This document shows, one piece after another, positions 50,671-61,610 of a stretch of DNA of 64,000 nucleotides. Location of the stretch: NCBI GenBank assembly GCA_030390025.1, contig CM059437.1:54188001-54252000 (forward strand). The letters run 5' to 3'. Position 1 is the first letter of the stretch; the number at the start of each line of letters is the position of its first letter. The translations under genes and the position numbers were made by a program. The notes under the pieces were generated by a model that did not search any database, was not told the DNA's origin, and was given only the letters and a program-made list of their open reading frames with translations. The DNA is from Squalus acanthias. Taxonomy: Eukaryota.

Positions 50671-50882
50671 ACACTGCGGTATTTGTAACCTTACACTGAA
50701 CTTTGATCAGCTCAGGGTGAGCACACTGTAAAATACAGACAGCGGAATGCAGCGGACAAACTGCACATCTGTTGTGATTGGAAATGTTCCACTTAAACTC
50801 AAACATGTAATAGCTGGTTACGGATTTTTTTTAAAGAAACTTTACTCATGGTATAATAATCAATACATAAACGATTCTTGAA

Positions 50883-51205
50883 TCAGATACAGCTCGATCT
50901 GGCGATACTTGTTTGAAGCGGGTTTGCCTGAGTCTCGTGTTTAACTACACAGGAGTAAAGCTCATGTGAGTTCCACTCTGAGGCTGGCAGAGTCAGATAA
51001 CTGCTCACACTGAACGTGTTGTCCGTCTCCTGCTGGATCCGACTGGTCTCAACACCATTCCCTCTCACACTGCCATCTACAGTCCACTCAATCTCCACAG
51101 CGCCCGGGTTAAAACCGTTCACCAAACAGACGAGGGTCGCCGTGTTCTTTGCTGCGATTTGATCCGATGAAGGCGGAAGGACGGAGAGCGAGGGAGCTCG
51201 CGGAT
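50883..51205 (-). CDS. IGLC: Light chain constant exon, cluster 3 (intact)
   Basis: Acceptor ttttcag|AT CCG CGA; 323 nt open frame to TGA; C1-set motifs ATLVCLV, W, FSVSSYLTL, YSCVVKH. Confidence 0.95.
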
Positions 51206-54200
51206 CTGAAAATTAGAAACAAATGAAAGAAGATCCATTCTTAATTTATATCAAAGTCGCAATCAATGTTTTACTTTCTTCAAATATTTTAAAATTCAGC
51301 GTCACTCTTCAAAGCTAGGAGGAATTTAATACAACGGAACCTCATTAGTGTCAATTGCACAACGACTGGTGTCCACAGTTCTAGAAAATATAGAACCTGA
51401 GAAGATGTTCCTACTTATCCTACATGGAAAGGAACAGATACAAATCTTTAAAAGGAAATTTAATCTAACGGAAATAATGGGGTCAGAAAATAATAAAAGC
51501 ACAAAAATAATACTGGGACGCAGTATTACATTGAAATGTACTGGTCTGACACAATCTGTCACAGACAGTGTCCCAGGTGCTGAGGATTTAAAAGAATCGC
51601 AAAAAGCAAGGAATCCGAATTTGGGATAAATATTGGAACCACTGCTGACAGCAAAGATACTTTAGTATTTAACTCAAAACAGTGGATTCCAATCAATTTA
51701 CTGTTAATGTCAATTGTTTGCTTCTGGCTCCAGTTTTGCACTTCTATTGTCGGAAGTGGTAAATATTGGGCTAATATTTGGATTTCTGTCCAATCACTGA
51801 AACGGCCGCTCTGCTGGGCTCCGCGTTTCCAAAAGGTTTCCTGCTCCGTCCGATGGTGACGATATTGTGTAAAACTTCTGAAGACTGTTCTATCACATTC
51901 GAAATACGCTGTTTGGAGACATCTCTGGAGTCAGAGTGTCACTAATGATACGTTTTCATTAAAGAGAAAGAGTTTCCATCAGAGAACGTCTGTTACTGTA
52001 AACATTTGTATATATATTGTATAATTATATCCCCATAATAACCTCAAAACGCAAATAATGAAGCCAAAAATATCCTGGGCAATATTTGTCCCTCAACCAA
52101 CATTGCTCAAACAAATTAACTGGTCATGATCACATTGCTGTTTGTGGGACCTTGCTGTCAGCAAATGGATTGCCGCGTTTTTACATTGCAAGGGTGACTA
52201 TACTACAAAAGTACTTAATTGGCTGTGAAGCGCGTTTTGATGTCATGAGGTCGTCGTAGGCGCTATATCAATGCAAGTTCATTCTTTTTCATTATTAAAT
52301 AGAAATATTTCCTTGAAAGTAACAATGAAATATAACCCAATGTAAGAATATTGAAGCCGGATTATCACAATCTCCTGTCTCTTTAAATGACCGTTCCGAA
52401 CGCCCTTAGGCTACAAGCAAAAGCTTCCAATGTCAAACCGTCGTGAAAATGGTTTATGTAATGTAAAGCACCGAAGAAAGGGCTAAAACATTATTTTTTT
52501 TCAATACTAGAATTAGAGGCCGGGCCGCTACAATTGGTTCCGGCATTGAGGTGAGGTGCCAGCTATATCGGTGCGTCTCACCAATACCAGTTTTGCCCGG
52601 GTCGGTTTCACAATCTATTGCCGTTCTGAGAGGTTCGCCCTGGAACCTACAACTTCGCATTTCATTCTTTACATTATAATTTGAAGGCTGAAATGCGAGA
52701 AGTCTGACAATGCAGCCAACTCCTATTGTCACAGTTAGATTAATCGCCCTGCAACACCCGGAGTTTAGCTGAACATTCTGATACTGAAATATCTGGAGTC
52801 CCGTGGGATTTATTGAGCGGGATTTCCTATCATTTTATATTATTGTCTAAACGCAAGAGTTTTGCAATGAACTCTCTTTATATTGGCATTAATACCAGAG
52901 ATGTATTCGCAAAGGAACAACTGATAATATTATGGAGCATTTTTCTATTTTATATCTCATGCTAGCCCATTTCACCCTGATGTAGCCGAATAACCAAGTT
53001 AAAATAGCAATACAATATCCGCATTTTCCGTAATATTACTCCTCTCACTGACACTGACCACAGAATCAACAGCAAAGCGCAATTGACTGAGTACAAAAGC
53101 AGGCGCAAAAATCTGAAAATCTACTCCGAGACATTCGCACACAACTGTTTGGATGGGAAGATAACGAGTCCGTGACATGTTATGTAAATAGACATCCTGT
53201 AAATCAATGGTGTTTGTTACTGTGTTATACAGTAAATCACTTGCTGAATTTAGCGCAACAGTCTGATTACTATAGTGATGGGGATTAATGCGAAACATAG
53301 GACTTAGAATCTTGTACTGAATGGTTATCATTCAGTTTGGAGATGAGTGGGAGTGAGTTACAGCAAGTAACCGTGCTATCCTTCCGCAGTATCAATCCGT
53401 TAATGGTGATATATCGCGGCTGCGCTTTAAGTGGAATGAAAACCGCATCGTATGAAGGTTTTGAATTTATGTTTGTAGCCTTTTGAGCGGGGCGATAAGG
53501 GCCGGCTGTAAACCAGTTTGAAAGACTATGTGGAATTCATAGAATTATACAGCATGGAAGGAGGCTGATCGCGCCCTTTGTAAGACACGTCCACTTAATC
53601 CATTTCCCATACATTTGGTTTTCCTTTTTCAATGTTTACCCATTTAAGTGCCACTATGGTTCTGCTCGCCCCAATCTTACAGGGAGGACACTGCAGTCCT
53701 ACCAGTCCCCTGGCTAAAGAAAATATCCTAATTTGTCCCTTCGTTTTTCTAGACATGACGTTCAATTTATGTTCTCAGGTTACCGACTGGCCGACGAGTG
53801 AAAATATTTTTCAGCGTGCTGGAACAAAATGGCTCATAATTCTGAACATGTCCAGCAGATCACAGCCTCAGCTTCTAGTGAATCCACCTGCATTCGTTTC
53901 TCTCGTATCTAAAACCTCGCAGTACTGGTATCAACTTAATAGATTCCCCCTGCACCTTTCTCCAAGGCCTGGATACCCTCCGTAAAATCGCGTGCTCTTT
54001 GTGCCCGGCAACTCTTAAATATCACTGGACGCTGATTCAAAAGCTCCGTATGAATATATTTTAAAATCAATAATCTTGATTTACATTAATTCAATCGACC
54101 AAGCCAATTATTTAAAAGTAATTTTTGTTTTTTCTTCTGTAATGTTGCAAATGTTAGAGGACATTACAAATAATTAACTTACTGTCCAGATTCAGCTTGG

Positions 54201-54721
54201 TTCCTCTCCCGAAAATGAAGCTATAAGTACCGCTAAGCCTCGCACCACAGTAATAATCGGCGGCGTCCTCGGACTGCACGTTGGTGATGGTCAAATGCAT
54301 CTTGTTACTCGATGAGTCCACAGAACCGGTAAATCGATCTGGAATTCCCGAAGCAGTACCGGAGCTCTGGTACCAAATAAACACAGGGGCACTGCGGGGT
54401 TTCTGCCAGTACCAGCTCGTGTAGTAGCTGCCGATGCTGCCTCCGGTCATGGTACAGCTGATCGAGACGGTTCTTCCCGGGGAGGTTGAGATGGACATTG
54501 GCTGAGTCAGGGCAGGATCCGCGTTTATACCTGGTGAAATAATAAGTTATGGATCAGTCACACTCTGTACAATTGTGAATATTGTTTGTAATTCAGGCCC
54601 TCTCAACGTAAGCACCAAAAAAATTAGGGCAATGTAATAGCAGCGATACTGAAGGTTAGCGCCTGTACTTACTGTGGAGACAGAACATCAGGGCGGCGAG
54701 AACACGAACCCATTCAGTCAT
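50883..54721 (-). CDS. IGL: Intact immunoglobulin light chain gene (lambda-like/type II, germline-joined VJ), cluster 3. Exons 54721-54673 (leader), 54530-54183 (VJ), 51205-50883 (C)
   Basis: Three exons with GT-AG phase-1 introns splice into one open frame: MTEWVRVLAALMFCLHSINADPALTQP...C...WYWQKP...DAADYYCGARLSGTYSFIFGRGTKLNLDNPRAPSLSVLPPSSDQIAAKNTATLVCLVNGFNPG...W...YSCVVKHETQANPLQTSIARSSCI*. Both Ig-domain Cys/Trp/Cys sets, the FGxGT J motif and the penultimate inter-chain Cys are present. Confidence 0.95.
54183..54530 (-). CDS. IGLV: Germline-joined V-J exon, cluster 3
   Basis: Acceptor tttcaccag|GT ATA AAC GCG GAT CCT; V runs directly into J (YYC-GARLSGTYSFI-FGRGTKL) with no RSS or intervening DNA; donor GAC A|GTAAGT; 348 nt. 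Confidence 0.95.
54673..54721 (-). CDS. Leader (signal peptide) exon, cluster 3
   Basis: ttcaccATG ACT GAA TGG GTT CGT GTT CTC GCC GCC CTG ATG TTC TGT CTC CAC A|GTAAGT; 49 nt, hydrophobic core, good Kozak context. Confidence 0.92.
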
Positions 54722-54799
54722 GGTGAAGGATCTGGTGAGGGTCAGAAGCAAAATAGTTCCTGACACGAATGTGGCTCTGGATTCTTTCTAAACTTCTCC

Positions 54800-54915
54800 T
54801 TAAGAAGTTTCAAACATCGCAACGTCATTGAATATTAATTATGCATGCAAATCTCCATCAACATGAAATCGGGCTATACGATCCTGTCCTGTGTTGACTG
54901 GCATTTGCATAATGC
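54800..54915 (-). promoter_or_regulatory. Ig light chain promoter: two perfect octamers in opposite orientation plus a CRE-like site
   Basis: ATTTGCAT on the coding strand at 54845-54852, ATGCAAAT on the coding strand at 54903-54910, TGACGTTG at 54820-54827; all 100-190 bp upstream of the ATG. Confidence 0.8.
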
Positions 54916-55233
54916 GCATCCCAGTCATTTTAGAAAAAAGAGAAACAAAGCGTCAAAGAGATAGAATACAACACGCGAATGATTGAATACAGCAAAATAA
55001 AAGGTGTGGTGAGACAAGGAGGAGCGATATGATGAGCCCAGGCTTGGGTTTTAGAAGTCTGAAGTTTATAATAGAGGGAAAGCTGAGAGCGGTAAGCGGT
55101 TTAATAGCTATGGGGTCCACCGGAAGAATGAATTGGATAAGCAGGAAGTTTTATTAATGGATCTGAGAGAGATATTTTAGTTCACAGGAAAGAGTGAGGT
55201 TTAGAATATCAATGGCTGAAGAACAAAGGGTGA

Positions 55234-56701
55234 ACAGATTCCAGAACAGTTGCCGCGGATTGGAAGGTAGCAAATGTAACCCTACTATTTAAGAAAGGAG
55301 CGAGAGAGAAAACGGGGTACTACAGACTAGTTAGCCTGACATCTGTAGTAGGGACAATGCTAGAATCTATTGTTAAGGACGTGGCAACAGGGCAATTAGA
55401 AAATAATAATAGGATTGGGCAGAGTCAACACGGATTTATGAAAGGGAAATCATGTTTGATGAATCTGTTAGGGTTTTTGAGGTTGTAACTAGCAAAATAG
55501 ATAAGTGGGAACCAGTGGATGTACTGTATTTGGATTTTCAGAAAGCATTCGATAAGTGCCACACAAGAGGTTATTAAACAAAATTAGGGCTCATGGGATT
55601 GGGGGGGTAATGGACTGAGGATTGGTTAACGGACAGAAAACAGGGAGTAGTAATAAACGCGTCATTTTCGGGTTGGCTGGTGGGGTACCACAAGGATCAG
55701 TGCTTGGGCCTCATCTATTCACGATCTATATCAATGATTTGGATGAGGGGGCCAAATGTAATATATCCAAGTTTGCTGATGATACAAAGCTGGGTGGGGA
55801 ATGTAAGTTCTGAGGAGGATGCAAGGAGGCTTCAAGGGGATATAGACAGGCTAAGTGAGTGGGTAAGAACATGGCAAATGGAATATAATGTGGAGAAATA
55901 TGAAGTTCTCCACTTGGGTAGAAAAATATAAAAGCAGAGTAATTTTTTAAATGGTGAGAGATTGGGAAAATTTGGTGTTCAGAGGGACCTGGGTGTCCTT
56001 GTACACGAATCACTGAAATTTAACATGCAGGTACAGCAAGCAGTTAGCAAAGCAAATGGTATGCTGACCTTTATTACAAGAGGATTTGAGTATGAGAGTA
56101 AAGATGTCTTCCTGCAATTATATAGTGCTCTTGTGAGACCACACCTGGAGTATTGTGTACAGTTTTGGTCTCCTTACCTAAGGAAGAATATACTTGCCAT
56201 AGAGGAATGAAGGGTCACCAGACTGGTTCATGTGATGGGGGGATTGTCCTATGAGGAGAGATTGAGTAGACTAGGCCTATATTCTCTAGATTTTAGAAGA
56301 ATGAGAGGTGATTTCATTGAAACATTAAAAATTCTTACAGGGCTTGAGATGGTAGATGCAAGGAGGATGTTTCCCCTGGCTGGGGTGACTAGGACCAGGG
56401 GTCACAGAGTTAGAATAAGGAGTCGGCCATTTAGGACTGAGATGAGGAGAAATTTCTTCACTCAGAGTCTGGTGAATCTTTGGCATTCTCTACCCCAGAT
56501 GGCTGTGGTGGCTCAGTCGTTGAGAATATTCAAGACAGAGATCGATAGATTTTTGCATATTAAGAGAATCAAGGGATATGGGGATAGTGCAGGAAAGTGG
56601 AGATGAGGTATAAGTTCCCCATGATCTTATTGAATGGCGGAGCAGGCTCGAAGGGCCAAATGGCCTACGCCTGCTTCTATTTCTTATGTTCTTACGTTCT
56701 T
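55234..56701 (+). mobile_element. CR1 LINE, 5'-truncated, about 500 bp upstream of the cluster 3 ATG
   Basis: RT motifs [32 protein letters not shown]; (TTCTTATG)n tail; empty site ggtgaatgagtcaaatg at about 35576-35592. Confidence 0.92.
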
Positions 56702-57037
56702 CTGCGTCAAATGTAACAGTTATTTATTAGACTTGTGATTGATATGGAAAACGGAAAGCTGAAATCCCGCTGTGCCATGTTATTGTAGGAACCGTTGTTT
56801 GAAATTGCATTGCTTCCTTGTTTAAAAACAGCAAACAAAAAGACATTTCATACAAATGCTTTAAATGTTGATAACTAACAACTTACCGCACGACATCACT
56901 AAATGTGCCTTGGAAGAATTGAAAGATGACAAAATTTCATTGTCCAGCTGAAGGGCACAGAAGAGAGCAAGAAGTAACGATTCAATCAATGCACTGCGAG
57001 AACTGACGACCGTGGGTGCAGATAGTGTCCCATAAGT

Positions 57038-58760
57038 TCATAGAATCATCGAATGTTTCAGCACAGAAGGAGGCCATTCGGCCCATCGCGCCTATGTCTG
57101 TTCTGTGAAGGAGCTATCCAATTAGACCCACTGCGCTGCTCTTTCCCGATAGCCCAACATATTTCCCACCTTCAAGTGTTTATCCCATTCCCTTTTGAAA
57201 GCTATTATTGAATCTTCTTTCACCAAACTTGCAGACACTGCATTCCAGATCATAACAACTCGCTGCGTATATTTTTCCTCATATCGCCTCTGCTTCTTTT
57301 GCCAAATTACCTGAAATCTTTGTCCTCTGGTTACCGATACTTCTGGCACTGGAAACAGTTTCTCCTCATTTACTCAATCGAACTCCTTTAGGAACACCTC
57401 TATCAAATCTCGCCTTAAACTTCGCTGCTCTAAGGAAAATAACCTCAGTTTCCCTAGTCTCCCCTTTTAACTGAAGTCTTTCCTCACTGGTACCATTCTA
57501 GTAAATCCCTGCACGCTCTCTAAGGCCTTGACATCCCCCCTAATGAGTACTGCCCAACATTGGACACAATACACCAGCTCGGGCCTAACCAGTGTTTTAT
57601 AAATGTTTAGCAAATCTTCCTAGCTCTTTTACTCTTTAACTCTACTTATTAAGTCTCTAGCTTTATCAACCCTCTCCGTTACTTCATCAATGATCTCAAT
57701 CACGTTAGTCAAACACGATTTGCCTTTAAAAAATGATTGCTTGCCTTCAGGATCCGTATGCCTTGCGAACTGTCTTCTCAATTTATCCTGCCACTTTCAA
57801 AGACTTGTGTACTTTCACCCAGGTCTCTATATTTCTGCAACCCCTTTAAAAATGAGCCATTCCGTTTATATTGCCTCTTCTCATTCTTTCTAGCAAGATT
57901 TATTCTCACATCTCTGCATTAAATTTCATCTGTCATGTCTCTGCTCATTTCAACAGACTGGCTATGTCCTCCTGGCGTCTGTTACTATCCTCCTCACTGT
58001 TTACTACATTTCCGAGTTTCGTGCCATCTGCAACACTTTGAAATTAGACCACGTAGATCTAAGCCAAGGTCATGAATATTTATCAAGAAGAGCAGTGGTC
58101 CCCAACACTGACTTCCAGTCTGAAAACAACCACTCAGCACTAATCTCTGTGTTCTGTCCCTTAATCAATTATGTATCCATGCTGCCACTACCCCTTAATC
58201 CAATCGGCTTTAATTTCGCTATAAAGTCTATTATGCTATACTGTATCAAATAACTTTTGTAAGTCCAGATACACTGCTTTAACCACACTGCCCTCATCAA
58301 TCCTCTCCATTACTTCATGAAAGAACGGAATCAAGTTAGTCAAACAAAGCTGTGCGGGCTTTCAGTTATTAATCCATATTTTTCCAGTTGGGCACGAATT
58401 TTCTCGCAGATTGTTGTCTGTAAATGTTCCCCCACCGCTAACGTTAGGCTGACTGGCCTGTCGTTGCTAGGTTTATCCTTCTTCCCTTTTTTGAACAGGG
58501 GTATAACATTCGAAATCTTCCAGCCTTCTGCCCCCACTTCCATATCTAAGCAAGATTGGAAGTTGCGGCAAGAGCCCCCGCAATTTGCATCCTTCCTTCC
58601 CTCAGCAATCTAAGATGTATTCCATCAGGACAGGGTGACCTTTTCAGTTCGAGTGTTTCCAACCTTTGATGTGCTCTTCTTTATCTATTTTTATCCTAGC
58701 CAATTGCTCCACAGTCTGCTCCTTTACTGTGGCATTGGCCGTATCCTCGTCTTTGGTGAA
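57038..58760 (-). mobile_element. Old rearranged CR1 fragments
   Basis: catagaatcatcgaa tail; QRVVMIWNA and NVIPLFKKGKKDKPSN motifs. Confidence 0.8.
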
Positions 58761-59546
58761 TGCCACAGTAAAGGAGGAGGTAGGAAAACTTTTCCTGGCA
58801 CTCGTCGGTAGTCTGCTCCTCTTTTAGTACACAAGCCTAAATCATTCTGATTTCCTGCAATTCTGTACTTCTGACTGAGGAGGAGGGAATCATTAAAAGT
58901 ACCAAAGTCAATTGACAATACCGGATGAGAACACTCTGTAAAACGGCGAACAGTTTTATCTCTTTCTTGTTTGAAACACACATTTTCCTCACGATGGTTT
59001 ACCCGCTGTTAGCCAATGGAAAAAAAGATTGCGCCCTTTGGCCGCCTGGACAGTACAGGGCAGTGTTTAATACAATAGGTTAACAGCATGGTCTGGTTAA
59101 AGGGTATTATGTAACGGTTAATATAGAGCGCGACAGTAAAGGGGCAAGTGTAGACATCGCAGGGTTACATTGGGCGTGATATGGCAGAAAGATTAGACCC
59201 TTCGATGTGAAATATAGAAAAATAGCTTAATACAGAAGTTGGTACTAATATCTTTCTATTATGGATTCATTCTGTCTGCTGCAGTCTAACACCTGGTTTA
59301 GAGTAGGTTGTTAGGGTTTTGCAGGCCAAACCTAATCAACAGGAAGTGTTAGTTGAAGACAATTTAGGAAGTATCAAAGGGTTTATGTAAAGAATTGTGG
59401 CTAATTTGCAGACAAATGAGTTGTTTAAGTTGTTATTACTTTCATAAGAATGTGATATATTTAAACGCAGGATGTTCTTATTTTTACTGATAAGCAATAA
59501 AGCGACTTTCACATCCTGCGTGTACGGAGTTCATGTGGTGCAACAT

Positions 59547-59559
59547 TGCCACCTACTGG
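59547..59559 (-). promoter_or_regulatory. Candidate CTCF site (paralogue at 13946-13958)
   Basis: CCAGTAGGTGGCA matches the core consensus CCASYAGRKGGCR; the paralogue reads CCAGTAGGTGACA. Confidence 0.5.
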
Positions 59560-59924
59560 TGCCGTAGCATAAGACACAAAGAGATCATATGAGGTGACAA
59601 TCTTCGAGCTGATGGCTTCGAAGCAAGTGACCTGATGTTGTTTGAAATTGTCCATCAGATGTATAAATATCAATGAGCTTTAGAACGAGTGGACATTCAA
59701 GACTACGATCTACCTGGAGCGGTGTAAGCGCATCTCTGTCAAATGGATATTTTACTTGAGTATTACTTTCATGTACTACTCAGCGTGTTCTCATTAATTA
59801 ATAAATATATGTCAGATATAACACTGTCTGATAGTTTATAGGAACAGTTCATTAAATAAAGGATAGGACACAGGAGCTATAGTAATAGTCATGATTTGAT
59901 ATCAAGACCACCAAAGAGTTTCTT

Positions 59925-61610
59925 CGGGAATTTTCTCTGGGCTTCGTGTGGATTGCATGGAAATTAGAGTGCAACGTTTAACAAAGACAGTTAAAACTAT
60001 AGACTTCAGCATCATACTGGAGTACAACCAGGTACGGAGGGAGCAGTGCTTGGCTCAGTCAATTAACTCTCACATAACTTCAGTACTTGTCTCATCAATC
60101 TTGTTACCATACATTTCAAGAATTATGACGAGAATTGGAGCATCTGCATCAAACACCAGACAAGGTGGCAGAACGTGGCACTCAGGAACAGAAAATGATA
60201 CAGAATTTCTGACTGGCATCTCTCAGCGCACCTCAGGGAAACTGAATTAAGGAGGCAGAGACACGCGAATGTCTGCCAGCAAGCTTATCAAGAATAACCA
60301 ATTGTGCCAACTTGATAGGAATGTCACGTGCCAACTTAAGGGGACTGGCACTGGCACTGGGTGCTCACTCCCTCACGCCCTGGACTGCTGACGAGTGACA
60401 GAAGAAGTTCACCAACCTCACCACGGGAAGCAAGGTACTCACCAGGTGCTGGGGACCAGCACACTCTGCACCATCTTAAAGCAACACTTGGTCATCTAAC
60501 ATTTCATCGTGCACACAGGTTAAGGGAGGTTCCAACTCATGACCTTGCACTGTGGTTACACCGCTTCCTTAACAGTAACTACTTACATGCATAACTCTAA
60601 AATCTCCTCTCGCCCTCAGTTTGCACCCAGGAGAAGCACTGGAATGGTGAAGGGAAGGCACGTAGGTACGCAGGAGACAGAGCGTTTTAGGAAGGAATAC
60701 ATTGGCTTGTGTGCACTTTGGACTGCATTGTAATAAAAGAGATCGTGCACTGGCATTGCACTTTGTTATTGATGGACGTTACAGTCATACATGAGAGGGT
60801 GTAGTTATTTGGTGCTGTATTATTCAACAGGTGGTGTTCATTGTCACCCTCGTGTAGAGGCAAAGGAGCTGATGTGTTGTCATGTTGTAGGAAAGGTAGT
60901 AGGTTGAGGAAATGTGTCTTTATTGGAAATGTTGAGTGTAGAAGGAGGTAATGCGATGGTGTCAATGGCAGACTTTAGTGATGTTTGTGCCCTGATGCAG
61001 CATCACTGAGTGGTTCCCTGATTGTTGGTCATCATGATATTTAGTACCACGTAGTTCTGGATCTAGCAGAGCTAGGGCCTCCTCGCCAGCAATGCTAAAG
61101 TCCAGGGGGGAAAAGTTGGTTGGCTGGCGCCTCTCGTTAGCGCCGCTTGCGAAATTCAACTGGCGGTTTGCGGTGGCGCTAAACACTACCGCCATGATCT
61201 CCTGTGCCTGGAGATCGTGACAACATCCAAGTGAGCATCGCCCCAGTAGTGCCCCAGAAAGGAATTTGATTCTCGCCCCCATGCCTCAGCGTCTGCAGCT
61301 AGGAAGGACATGTAGAGGAGGACGGTTTGCAGTTGGCTTGGAGCTGCAGGAGCGCTATTTAAAGGCGTGCGCTTCCTGATTTTTCCTGTCTGCAATCAAT
61401 GCTGCCTTCGCACGTTCACAGAACCGAAGAGGTGTTTGGACACATTTGACGGTTTGCTACTTGAAGGAGTTTTGCTCGTGACAAAAAGTTATCAGATTCG
61501 ATTTCTGTTACTTTTGATACTGCAACATTTACAACAGTTACTGGGGGCTGCACGGGCACCGGGCTCGCCCTCCAGTTTCACCGTCGAGGCAGCAGAGGCG
61601 GAGAGAAAGA
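59925..61610. mobile_element. Paralogous old Harbinger relic plus left arm of the younger Harbinger (from about 61102)
   Basis: Aligns with 36225-37718 and then 39095-39270, without the CR1/inverted insert. Confidence 0.75.

Noticed and set aside
30883-50883. C2 and C3 stop codons are exactly 20,000 bp apart
   Set aside because: The interval contains an estimated N gap and unit-specific insertions, and the C1-C2 spacing is 30,086 bp. Coincidence.
34162-54530. Joined VJ exons as processed retrocopies or somatic B-cell rearrangements
   Set aside because: Leader-V and J-C introns and promoters are retained, which excludes retrocopies. Two neighbouring clusters are both joined in frame, including a non-expressible one, which fits germline joining better than somatic origin.
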